Source: Balanoglossus misakiensis
Lineage: Eukaryota; Animalia; Hemichordata
DNA: 64,000 nucleotides
Assembly (NCBI GenBank): GCA_040954595.2
Contig: CM082579.2
Coordinates: forward strand, 10,653,625-10,717,624
Direction: 5' to 3'
Part shown: positions 37,101 to 49,150 of the stretch, one piece after another
How the letters are laid out: each line of letters begins with the position of its first letter
Position numbering within the stretch: position 1 is the stretch's first letter
The notes under the pieces: generated by a model
The model's database searches: none
What the model was told of the DNA's origin: nothing
The model's input: the letters and a program-made list of their open reading frames with translations, nothing else
Position numbers and translations under genes: made by a program

Positions 37101-40100
37101 TTGGTACTCTTGGATACCGAGTCTGGTGAAAGTAACTGTTGTTTCTTGCTGGGAGTTACTGAATAACATCAATGAGTGAGAGAGAGAGAAAGAGAGAGAG
37201 AAATCAATCCCCAAATAACCTACAACTTGAGATGAGCCTCGTTGTTTACAACTGCCATCAGTCACTAGCTGCATCAACCATTCACTGCACTACATTATAA
37301 GTGGACAATTCTGGCAGTCAGGATCGATTTCACTACTGTAGTAGCTTGTGAGGTTCATATATAAATTTTACTTAAAATGCTGGAGTTGTTTTTCAAACAA
37401 AGTATTTCCTTTTTCATTATGCAGGGCAGCAGTTGTACTTTTTCAAGTAATTTTTTTCTAAATCAATTTTTTTAAATCACAAAACAAAAATACACTTCCA
37501 GAACTACATGAGAATAATTTTTGTATAAAAGGCTTTCTGTTGATTTATTAGATCTCAGTTAATTTGACCAAGAAATTAGTGATCAAAAACATAATCAAAC
37601 CTCACAAGCTATGACAAGCAACACACGAAGGACAATAATTCTTCATGTTTTGTTGGAGTTCTGTGATATGTCTGACTCACATTTCAGCTGAGAGTTGCCA
37701 TGGAGACGACTGAGCATTGGAGATCCTGGTACCGGGGGCGGAGTACTGGAACCGATTTCTATGGAGCTAGATCGACTGCTGAAAAACCAATCAGCTGATG
37801 ACAATGCCGGTACAGGGATATTGCATAATCTGAAGAACAAAAATTATGATCAAACACGATGAATCGTAAACAGGTTTAAGGCTAACACGAAAGTAAACTG
37901 GATTCACGTTCCATTTGGAACTTGCCAGGTGTATCTTAGAACAGTATGCAAATTACATAGTCCTAGAAGAGAAGTAAACGTAACCCCCTAATTGCCAAGG
38001 AAACAGTCTGAAATAGTTTTCTTGGAAAAGATTATTTTTATAATAAAACAATTTGCAAATTAGCAGTTACTAGTGATTGACATGGCACTGCTAGATGTAT
38101 GTCTATGTTGTCACAATCTTTCACACTCACCAAATTTGACGTAATCATTTTGGAAATGCCTATTATTATAATACTGTATTGTTTAAGTACAGCCTGATCT
38201 TTAAACCCAAGATGACATGTTGCTATTCCCCCACTGCAATATATCCTACCTTTCTTCACATGTACTTGGGATATTGATAGACTGCAGATGTTGGAGAGTG
38301 GCCTTGGCTTGATCTATGTAGAACGGATCAGGACTTGGATGACCCAATGCCCTGGTGAAAAAAAAAATGAAAAAAAAAAATTACTAGCTACTTTTTCCCA
38401 TCTCACTACTAAACATACAACTGGATGCTTTTGAAATAATTCCAATAATTTTCCCACATAGTCACTACATATTCATGGATATCACATTGCTGAATGACAA
38501 TAAATGTTTTAAACATTGTGAATTTCTGGACATCTGGGAGCTCATAGAATATGTTTTACCAGAAGCCTGAATTGTTCACATTTGTATAATCTTATACAAA
38601 TCAAAGTTTGAAACTTTCTTTCACATTTTGTTCCTTGAAAACACTTTTGGATAAATCTATCTTAATATTGGGAATTCACCATGCAAAATTTTGAATGAGA
38701 GAGCTAAATGGACTCAGATTGGAAACTCAATATGGCCACCAATCAGAGTTATTTTTATGAAAACATGATGTTGAATATATTTTCTTCTTTGTTTTCAAGA
38801 ACACTCCTTGCACACATTACTATGATAAAGAAGAGAAAGGGCTGGAGAACTATCAATTCTGAACAATCTCTCCCCAAGTTGCAAACTACCTTAAATAGTA
38901 GGGGTGTTCCTGTTTACCAGTAATAGTTTTAAAGTATTGTTCAAAGTATCTAGCTTGGCAAGATGACAAAGTATATTATTACCCACAGGAGATGAATATG
39001 TTTACAAAGCGAAAAATTTGACTCTCTGAGTCGAACTTACTTAGCAGCACATCCACCAGCTTCTAGAATCATACACAACAAGCCATGTTTCTACAATGAA
39101 CAAAAATATGTGTCACATTTTTATTTAAGCAGAGAACAAAAAAGTGTGGAAACATAGATTTCTTCTCTGTGATATAAGTTGTAATTCATAAAAAAACAAT
39201 GATGAAACAGTGAATGTTAACAATTTTCTAATGTGTTCTCTTACACTACAATTACCCACTCTACAAAAAACTGAGCCTGTCTAAACTGAACACCATGGGC
39301 ACTGAAAAAAAATTCAGTTTGCAGAGGTGTCAGTTTATAGAGATTCTTTTAACATGTGAGTCTATGTCAAAGGCCTTCACTTTAATTTAGAAAGTTAGGT
39401 GCATAACATTAAGAAATATATTTCAGCAATGACTTTTCTGAAAAGTAACTAATATCTTGGTGAATGAAAAGTCTTTTTTACAGCACTACTTACCAGCCCA
39501 ATAATGAGAAGAAAGTATCTTGCGTCTGTTTGATGACTTCCACCTCCAATTGTTGATGTTCTCTCTTTGTTTGTTGGGTAAATCTCTCTCCAAATTACTA
39601 ATTGTCCAATCCTGGCTTCTGCTGACAATGTCAGTAGTCTGTGATATCGACAGTACAGCAATGTATCAATGAAATCGTCCAGTCCTAAATGGTTGGCCAG
39701 TAAGTAACCCTAGGAGAAAAAAAAATAATAAAAAGTTAACATATTCCAAATGAAACCAAAAAAACACTCTGACAAATGAATACATTACTGTTAACTTGAT
39801 AAAAGCATCTGCACACCAAATATCGAGGTTATACGCACAGCGGTTTTCAAGTTTTTGATGTGGACGGACATACAGACATACATACATCCATTAATACAGA
39901 CGCAACCGATCCCATAAGGTCCCATGGTATAAACAAATGGGACCTAAAAATGTGATTCTTACTCTGTGAAAGAGACAGGTCCCAACGATGACATATGGCC
40001 TTCGGTCGTCGTAGTGTTCGTCAGACTGAAAGATAAAAATTGATAACATGAACAGCCACATGGTCCATACAATACTGTAAACCAGAAATTTCGTGACAGG

Positions 40101-43100
40101 AAATAAAGTGTTTTACAGTATAAATATAAACACAGCATCTTCTTATCCATAAGCAGGCCCTCTTGTACACTACCTGACATCTTATTAGTGATATCACTTA
40201 CCATCTCTGCAAAGTCTGCAGCCTCCAACTCACTCAGCGTACTATCAATGGGGACCTGCAATAAACAATATACAGTAAAATTAAGACTCTGTCACCTAAA
40301 AATCTGTTTTTGTCTGAAATATATTTATAAAAAACAGGGCATATGTAATTTCTGACATGAAAGCTTACATACTGCTGAACCTCAAACTTTTGTGGAATGA
40401 CCTTAGGGTGTGTTGTGTTGGTTTGTAAACAGCGCTGTTGAATGCAAACCACGGCATGAGATTTTTGACGATATAGGTACGTGTAGATTAATTTCTCACC
40501 AACCTTGATCTTTTCTGTAAGGTCCAGCCACCGCACTCCTGGCAAGGTATCAACAAAGACTGTAGTACTGCTATCAAGAGACGGGTTCATGGCATTCTCA
40601 CCAAGAAGGACACTTTGAAACAGCAACGAAAACAGATGGTCCAGTTTGGCTTGATACAAACTCGGCAAAAAAGCACTGAAAGAAAAGACAGTGTTGAGAG
40701 TAAAAGGAAATACGATCGGTAAAATTGAAATTAATGTCATTTCTTTTAATTGTGGAATTTTGTCTGTAGTAAATATGATTTGAAAAGATTAAATTCTGAA
40801 GAATAACAATATCAATTTATTTCACTCACTCGTGTAATGACCCATAGAGTAGGTTGAGTAATCTGACAAAATCTATCACAATACGATTGAGTTGCGACAC
40901 ACAGACTTTACTGGCTGGCACTGCAATAACCAGGGCTTCAGGTCCATTCTTGAAGTAACCAACATGAAGCAGTTCTTTGTTGACAATCACTGTAGAACTG
41001 GAATTAAGACACAAAAGAAATCAAATACCACACGACTACAAACTTATGACAAATATGATGGCAGACACTGTGTTATGACATAGGCTCTCATTTGGGAATA
41101 CATATGGCAAATGGCACCCAGAACAGAAAAGTATAAAATTAATTAACAGAGCATATCAATGTTGTGACATCAATATGTTCTTTTACATTAATTTGCCTTT
41201 TAAAGTGTGTTTTTAAAAAATATTTTCCATAGAAATAAAAGAATTGGAAAAAATTCTTTGATATACAAAAATGAAAAATACAAAGTTATTATGGATGATA
41301 TAGTCCCTGTTTGTTCGTAAGTCACTGTTAAGGGAACACTATCTGTAACTTTTGGGTATTGTTTTAGTATTGTCACTACATGTACTTAAAAATTGTCTTC
41401 AAGTCTGGACTTCCGTGTGTTTGTAAAAAATAACAATGATCGATATACAGGTATACATAGGCAAGTTGACAAGGGTAAAACTTGATGTGCTGGGATAGGG
41501 AGGAGAACAAGAACAAATAGTGAAAAAATAGCCAGAAGTTACAGGTTTTGGAATTTTGATGATCTACATATTAAAAAGCAGTTGCCATTGAGACTGTATG
41601 GCCAAACCTACCTTCTAACTGCTGTACCAGTAACATTCTCTACCATATCACTGATTGTTATAAACATCCCTTGAATTTCACTCAATTTTTGAGATGCAAC
41701 ATTCTCCGGATACACATACAACATTTCCTGTTTGAAGAAAAAGAAGTTGTTGTAAAACAGATTCATTGGGTTAAAGGGACAAACTCTCTCTCTGGCTGCC
41801 CTTGTTCCATTAACAGCAAAGTATAAATTAATGTAACAGAACATATCGAGATTTTTATTTGTCCTTTTCCAGGAAAAAAGATTATTACTGTTCAAATCAA
41901 CGTGACAACCTTAATTTTTCTATTAATGCATTCTTTTTCTTTATTGAACTCTTGACTAAATTAACTACTACAAAGTAAATGTTAGATACTCAGCTTTATA
42001 AAAAAAAATTATACATAGTTTATAGGGGTTTCCACAAAGTCGTCAATGGGAAAAATGATCTAAGATGATTTCTAGAAAACCTTCACAACCAATTTCAATA
42101 GAAATGATTTCCCTGAAGAAGTCAATTGTTGACAGACAACAACATTTAATCAGTCTATCTGATTAGCCTTTACAATGCTGAGGGTCACTCCTAGAACATA
42201 CTGTAAAACACTTTATTTTCGCGAGATAAAATTTTCGCGATATCGAGAGAGGCCACTGTTTCGCGAGTACTAATTTTCGCATTCTCTTATTTCATTCACT
42301 GCATCGTTATCTTCAAAAAAATTTACGCGACTTTTTATTTTCATGCTATTTTGGCTCTCGTGTATTTCGCAAAAATTTATTGCTCGCGAAAATAACGTGT
42401 TTTACAGTAAACAGCGCATGATTTTAGGAACAAACTGCATCCACTTTAATATACCTTACCTTACTTTCTTCTGATTCTTCTAAATCACCAGCCAGAGACA
42501 GATACATCGCAACATGCGGCAACTTTTCTAATGAAGTGGTCGTTTCTTGCACTCTTTCACCAGATATTAATTTGACGAGACTTCCATTGGGTAGCACTCG
42601 TCGTGGTTGTAGAATGGGTCTATCCTTGTGCAGTTCTTGCTTTTCAATTTGAAATATAACCTACAAGTTACATTAAACAAAGTTATTATTAAAACCTATA
42701 GGGAATTAACTCAATGCTTAATAACCAATTTACCAAGTACATTGTAGTGTACCTCTCAAGGACTTAAAAAAGATATACTTTTTTTGACCAGATTGCAAAT
42801 TAACTGAAATTGAGTCGAGGACACTTTCCTCCCATTTGACCAACATTGTATAGTCCAGCAAGATGTGCATGCACATTGTGTATCAATATACTAATCAACA
42901 TCCAATATAGGCACTATTGACACAAAACACGTGCGTCATTTTTATGAGATGATACATGGACAGATCTGATGCAGAATATTTCTTGGCCCCTGCAAACCAA
43001 AGTTCACTACAACTGGATATATTGTATCTAAAAAAAATAGATTCACTGACCAAAATGACAAATATTGCTCAAAAAATCTTACCAGCTCAGGTATTGATAT

Positions 43101-46100
43101 GGTTGATAGTACTCTATCAATATTATCAAAGTTGACTGGTATTCCATTGATAGCCAATAGACAATCTCCTACAGGTAGAAAGAACATATATTTAAGCAAT
43201 AACCCCCGCCGCAGGCGGGTATACATGAGATTTTGGTACAATTCGAGACATATAGCACGAGCCGTTAGGCGAGTGCTATATGGAGCGAATTGTACCCAAA
43301 TCGAGTGTATACCCGACTGAGGCGGGGGTTATTGCTATTATATTATATCAACAGTTGTTTTTGTGGCAAATCAGTGTCATTTTCTTACCGAAACGGCGTC
43401 AGGAAGAGAAATTACGATCGTGAACCAACATGGCGACGGTGAATGTAAACACGTGCGGCCCGGGCTCGAGCATTAAACATAAAGCAGACGCCAAAAAGTG
43501 ACAAAAGTGCAAAATATTCAGAGCAGAGCAGTTCCAAAATAAAACGTCCGTAAATTCAAGTGTTTTTATGTTATTCATTTGGTTTAATCCCGCGCGACTG
43601 TGGTATAACCGCACATTTTCCCTGCTGCATGCTAGTTCAGGGGCCCGTTTTACCACTGCCAGCAGTGGTAAAACAGTATTTTACCATAGCTCTCCTCCAA
43701 TCATCATCGCAGACGGTAGCATGATATAATATAATACTAAATTTCTTCAGTACAGAACAATAGTCATTGTTACATATATGTGCTTTGGTATGACATTGAC
43801 AAACGTTCTCCGGTATGCACATTTGAGATAATGTCATTCAAGATAATTTTGAATACCTGTAACTATCTCGATAAACATCCAAAACTCGCAAGACTGCCAC
43901 AGTGACATGTACCTGTACATGTAAAATTTGAAAGCTATCTCTATACTTCTATTGGTATTTTCCACAATAAATTCCTGCATAGACATGCGTGACTATACCT
44001 TTCTTCACGGTTTAATTATGCATGTATTTTACATTACTGGCTTGAATGACAGAATGTAATTACATTAGACATCTTCTACTAGGAAATATCAGCCACCATT
44101 TTTTTTAAAATTCAGCCTTACCCAACCTACCTACACTAATCTGTCCAGACTTCATCGCTATTCCGGTTGGCAGCAACCCTTGGACAAAAATCTTGGCGTC
44201 ATGAGATGCTCGGTCGTATCTCAGATCACTTCTTCTTCTGGGGGAGCCAACTGGCGATGGAGATCTCCTCACTGAACACTTTCCCGGAATGATGCCGAAC
44301 AATTCCTCCAAAACAGACTGGCCACCTATATGAATCCTGTCTTGTGGCAGGAATATACTCACTTCCCGTTGTACTCCATTTCTTTGAGTCTGTTCTACCT
44401 CATAATGACTCGTTGATATGCTGGGATCGGACATACTTAAATGAAGTTTATTTTCCTCTCCGTTCCTTCCTTTGATAATTCGTTTGAATTTTTGTAAACC
44501 TTTCTTGTCCTTGACTTTGCCGTTTGTAGACAAGGCGCCATTTATGTATGAATTATTGACATCTTGTTGATGCATGTCATCATCCTGCTCCAAGTAGAAT
44601 ACATCACCATTTTCTTCAACAGCACCAGACCAAGCTTGCTCCACTTCACTGCAATGAAGATGAATACGAGGAATTATTTTGATGCGCCCCAAAATCTTCA
44701 TAATATTTATGTTTCATGAAGAGTAGTACTATGTCATCAGAGACAGATTATAATAATTCTTTGCTATATCCAAGTGTATGAAAAGGTGTTTTTTTTAATT
44801 AAAGAAGAAAATGGGATGTTCAAGTTCTTGTTTTCATACAAATCATGACTTAATTTTTCTCCATGCAGTGAACACAGAATTTGGCAGCATCTTAGGATTT
44901 CAAATTTAGGACAATGAATTTTGCTGTTTCATTAAAAATTCACACAGTGACCCTACAAATTGTTATTTTGAATTTTAAGACAGAATAAAGTTGCCTTGAG
45001 CAAAATAAGACACAAAGAAATAGTTGAAGACCAATTTTTGAGGTTGTACTCATCCCACAGCTTTGTCTCAAAATGAAAATGAGGCTGATCATGTTAGAAA
45101 CAACCAATTTTAATTGGACATTTAAGTCTGTACATGTACATATCATATATTTTCACCTGTAAAACAACAGTGCTTTTTCACTATGACAAATTTTTCACCA
45201 CAGATCACACCTGACCTTTAGCACAATAAAACAATTAGCAATTTTAATAAAGGAGGGCTTTTAAAAAGAAAGTTAATTAGTTTGCTATCTACAGACATTT
45301 TCAGTGCGTAAATTAAAATAGGCCTTTCTTTTATTTATTGAAATAAAACTGATTGGGAATTTCTATAAAGCAATTTTACCTTATGTTACACCATATAATG
45401 TATCTCATACTAACTTTTGTCATGATTGCAACGCAGATTAAAATTCATAAAAACAGCATCGTAAATGCCATTTTGACTTATTCAATGGTTATCCCTGAGG
45501 GCAGTTAGATATGCTAAGTGGGGTTTAAATTTAAGTAAGGCAACTGAAGTAAGTTGTATACTTTTCATTGATACCAGTATAAAGTAGTTGGAAAATTGGC
45601 TTGCTTGGCAATTAATCAAATTGTATAGCATGACGACATTGATACCCCAGGGATATGGGTAATAAAGACCCCTAAACTATATAAATAATATCATTTGATA
45701 CAATATAAAACAGACCTCCAATACATGTACATTGTTCTTTCATTTTCACCGGGCTATAATACTACATCTCAGTGACAGTATTTATTTCATAAATTCAGCC
45801 AGTTAGTTACAAAAATTTCTGTAAACTGCATTCGGTTTGTAGATCTCAATGCATCAAGAACATTGCTGTCATCGTTTCGTGATAACTAAGAAGACGAGGC
45901 TGTATTGGATGCTTTTTTGTCAACACTGTGATGCATTCAGTTTGTAGATCTCAATGCATCAAGAACATTGCTGTCATCGTTTCGTGATAACTAAGAAGAC
46001 GAGGCTGTATTGGATGCTTTTTGTCAACACTGTGACTTGTTGGCTTTGTACAGAGTAGAAGTTGTTGTATTGAAAGTAACTTTAGTTTCTTCCTACACAC

Positions 46101-48913
46101 GCGATTGTGCAGTACCTTGGACAAAGCTTGGAACAATGTTGCAATAAGCTTTGTGCTGAAGCTTACTACAAGAGTTTGCGTGCCGACCTTTGCTGAAGGG
46201 GTCGTGTGTCAACCTTCGCTGAAGCTTCTTATTACTAGCCTTAGTTGAACCTAAGCTGTACTGACCTTTGTGAAACCTTATAATTCCAATCTTTGGCCAA
46301 TGTTGGGGTTGCAAAGCGTCTTCAAAGCTTGGTGAAAAAAACCTTCAACAATGCTTTACTAAACAAACCTTTAAACAAGCTTCATTTTTGAAGCTTTGTC
46401 GAAGATGTTTATTTTATTTTCATCCAAATCAAGTCACAACAAACTCTCCTTGTAACTTTTATACTCATGTGTATCACTACAACTTCATTTAATTTTTGTC
46501 GGAATTAAATGAAATTGTAGTGATACACATGAGTATAAAAGTTACAAGGAGAGTTTGTTGTGACTTGATTTGGATGAAAATAAAATAAAGGTAATCATGT
46601 TCAAATAATACACTACAGGCAATGAATGTATTTGAATTTTGGAGTTGTTTTTATTATCTAATATCAGATTAATAACACATGCAATATAAATACAAGCAAT
46701 ACTGTTACAATAAGACAAACCTCACAAGAATCACAATACTATAAAATCAAAATTGGATAAAATGATTGATGTCTCTTGTTTTGGTTTCCCAAAGCAAGTT
46801 ATCCTGGTGACCATATGCTCTCTGAAAAAAATAGAAAGAAAAGAAAGAAAATCATTGATCCCATCATGAAAGTTTTGTTTCGGCATGCCTTAATAATTAA
46901 ACCACATCACACCACACATCAACAGAGCTCTGTCTGTTTAACACAAGTTTGACCGAAAGACAGAACCCGATGCCAAAATTATCATAGGGTCTCTGAGTGT
47001 GAAATGAATACCACCTCCACCCACTCTCAAAATACAACCAATTAATTTTATTCCTGTGTGGTATGGAATTTGTAAATGGGTTCAAACAAAAATATGACCA
47101 GAAAAGAAGCGTCTCTTCCCAGTTTCTTCATTAAATTCATCTTTCACCGAACTTGTCGACGACCGGGACTGAATCAACACTGACTTGCACATATTTTCAC
47201 AGAGTCGCATCAGCCCCGGGTGAAGAGTTCACACGAGAAATTAAACATTATTCCGATTATTTCTAATTCCATCTTAAAAACGCACCTAGGTACATATTTC
47301 CATTATTAACTGTTGTCATTACTCTGTTTTCGCGACATTGATTCCAGAATCTGTGGATATTTCTACACTCAAAAAAACATTACACGATCGCGATTAACGT
47401 CGTGAGCGCCTCCGGCCCGCCCGGACATGTTTCAAACTCAAAGTCAAAGCGCGTGCGGAAGTAATGTTGATAAATGTCGTTTTTTGCGAAGACAATGTTC
47501 AAAACACCAGTTTTCTGAGAGGCACTTGCCAACTATTTTAACAGCATGTACACACGGACACAATATTGTCAGAAATTACCCACCTTTGAAATATTTGTAG
47601 CCGTACAGCCCGACCAGGCAAAATCCATCGCGTGAGTTCCAGAGTTTACGTTTAATCTCATGACGTCACATGACCTTTGCCCATAGATCCTCGTTCATAA
47701 CGTATGTTTATTTTGAGGAAGAAGTCGCAAACTGCAACTTTTCATCAACTAATCAGGGCAGGTGTAAGGTTTTGATACAAATAACGTCTGTCACGTGCTC
47801 AAGTTGCAAAATGACCTGTCAAACTAAGCTGCTGACCGATGACATGCGTGCAGCACGGGACGTCGCGCGATTAGGCCCAAACTGGCTGTCGATAGGCGTA
47901 CAATAAGGTTTGATAAAGGTTCATAACAAAGCTTCGTCGAAGCTTTCTGTTAGCCAAGATTTTAAAAAGCTTTGACAGTAACCTTGGTCCAAGGTTTAGC
48001 GCAAACCTTGTCTTGTGCTTCGGCACGAAGCTTTGGCAAATCTTTATTGAAAATAAGCTTAGCCAAACCTTTATTGCAAACCTTCACACAAGCTTTGAGG
48101 ACACCCAAGCTTGGCCCAAGGTATGGCACAATCGCGTGTGTAGATGGCAGAATATGTTTGAACTGAAGTTAACCTCCACCTCCTTTTCCTACAGCTATAA
48201 TAAGCCTATTTATATCAGTCCCTACAACAATTTTCGTACTTTTCTTCACAATCACAGGCATGGTAGTGTACTAACTAGTCTAGTCTACTGCCTTAAACCA
48301 AAGATTCACTGCAATTTGTCGATGTGTACTACTAGTACACGAATTTCTCACGTTACACATTTCCTTTACTCAGAAAATCCTTCAACACTCTACCGCCAGC
48401 TTCCATATAGTCAACAAGCGACCATAACAACAACCATTGAAGCTAGTAGCCGCAGCAGCATAGCTCGATGTTTTACCAGGTGTGGGGGTTGGACGGAGAA
48501 ACCTGTTTTCTCGTCCAAGCCAACGTCCAACCTCGAGCTATGCTGCAGCTGCTATCCCAGCCATACATTGACGCTGAAACATGTTGATTCAGGTTTGTTT
48601 CAAATTTTCGTTTTGATTTGTGGCAGCATTCCTTCCACCGACAACGCATTTGAAAATATCGTTTGCTAAAACGCAATCAAAATCAAGAGGACTGCTGATT
48701 TATGTGAAACGGAACAATAAACAGGTATCAATGACAGCCAACAGGCTCATGCAATCAATCTTACGTTTTCGATTTCGGAACCCATCGTCGAGCTCGAGTG
48801 GCGGTATCCCCATTGCCGTCTGCAAACTTCGAGTGTGGCACAATTACGAAGTCGTCGTCCGAGTCCGTACTGCTGAAGTCGTATGGACGATATTTTGGGA
48901 GATTCTGAGTCAT
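34124..48913 (-). CDS. INTU: Protein inturned (CPLANE planar-cell-polarity/ciliogenesis effector; PDZ + longin domains), ~955 aa
   Basis: 18 phase-consistent exons in transcript order: 48765-48913, 44131-44648, 43083-43168, 42460-42660, 41612-41727, 40830-40997, 40504-40675, 40202-40255, 39963-40025, 39494-39709, 39041-39090, 38250-38351, 37681-37829, 36887-37158, 35865-35965, 35212-35407, 34570-34712, 34124-34235 (2868 nt). Diagnostic motifs: WSGAVEENGDVFYLE, PDZ IFVQGLLPTGIAMKSGQISVGDCLLAING, SQKLSEIQGMFITISDM, GYLLANHL, CMILEAGGCAAK, DNTLFHYASLDVGQGIIVTP, YWVVGR, IYVCYHES..NSIEIAFKLAFG. Exon 1 is the least certain. Confidence 0.95.
34807..35005. mobile_element. Tc1/mariner-type MITE family A, copy 1 (INTU intron)
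   Basis: TIR CTGTAAAACACTTTATTTTCGCGAG ... CTCGCGAAAATAAAGTGTTTTACAG|TA. Confidence 0.88.
39805..39950 (+). mobile_element. 3' fragment of the DINE/Helentron-like element, in an INTU intron
   Basis: Close match to 32023-32168: gcatctgcacaccaaatatc...gtggacggacatacagacatacat...aggtcccatggt....aaatgggacctaaaaatg. Confidence 0.75.
40075..40118. mobile_element. 44-bp minimal derivative of MITE family A
   Basis: TA|CTGTAAA...GAAATAAAGTGTTTTACAG|TA. Confidence 0.6.
42201..42407. mobile_element. MITE family A, copy 2 (INTU intron, opposite orientation to copy 1)
   Basis: TA|CTGTAAAACACTTTATTTTCGCGAG ... CTCGCGAAAATAACGTGTTTTACAG|TA. The interior is the reverse complement of copy 1. Confidence 0.9.
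43195..43736. mobile_element. Palindrome-headed interspersed element (unclassified; Crypton-like architecture)
   Basis: Imperfect 142-bp hairpin 43195-43336 (agcaataacccccgcc...ggcgggggttattgct). A second inverted pair tattatattatatca (43336-43350) / tgatataatataata (43722-43736). Internal palindrome at 43647-43674. Confidence 0.6.
45827..46035. repeat. 105-bp direct tandem duplication (2 copies)
   Basis: tgcattc(g/a)gtttgtagatctcaatgcatcaag...gtcaacactgtga at 45827 and 45932. Confidence 0.9.
46096..48140. mobile_element. ~2-kb non-autonomous CACTA/EnSpm-like DNA transposon in INTU intron 1
   Basis: TA|CACACGCGATTGTGCAGTACCTTGGACAAAGCTTG ... CAAGCTTGGCCCAAGGTATGGCACAATCGCGTGTG|TA. Dense subterminal AAGCTT/AACCTT/AAGGTT motifs at 46110-46400 and 47900-48120. 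Confidence 0.75.
46408..46589. repeat. Long palindrome, 87-bp arms with an 8-nt loop
   Basis: 46408-46494 is the reverse complement of 46503-46589 with one mismatch. Confidence 0.95.
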
Positions 48914-48983
48914 TTCAATAGCATGTCAGTCGAAAGATCGAGCACCCCTACACTGTAGACTCTTATAAACAGCTCAAATAAAG

Positions 48984-49150
48984 TTAATACTTGTAAACAT
49001 CCGCCATTTTGTTCATATCCGGGTATTTCGGGTATTTTGTGAACTCCCAGGTCATGCTGGGTCACGTCAGCTGGCACGCGCGGTCACCTAGGTGGCCCAC
49101 AGGTTCACATTACCTGTGTCGGGTGGCCCCTACCGTCAACCGTCGGTCCC
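48984..49150 (-). promoter_or_regulatory. INTU promoter/5' region with a YY1-type motif
   Basis: CAAAATGGCGG on the - strand (49001-49011) in a CpG-richer patch with GTCACGTCA and CACGCG motifs, ~90 bp upstream of the INTU ATG. Confidence 0.5.

Noticed and set aside
46897-47430. Transposase remnant inside the EnSpm-like element
   Set aside because: Frames are short and I recognise no transposase or THAP motif.
48013-48669. 218-aa + strand ORF
   Set aside because: Starts at a non-ATG codon inside TE subterminal repeats, lies antisense in INTU intron 1, and has no recognisable motif or coding-like composition.
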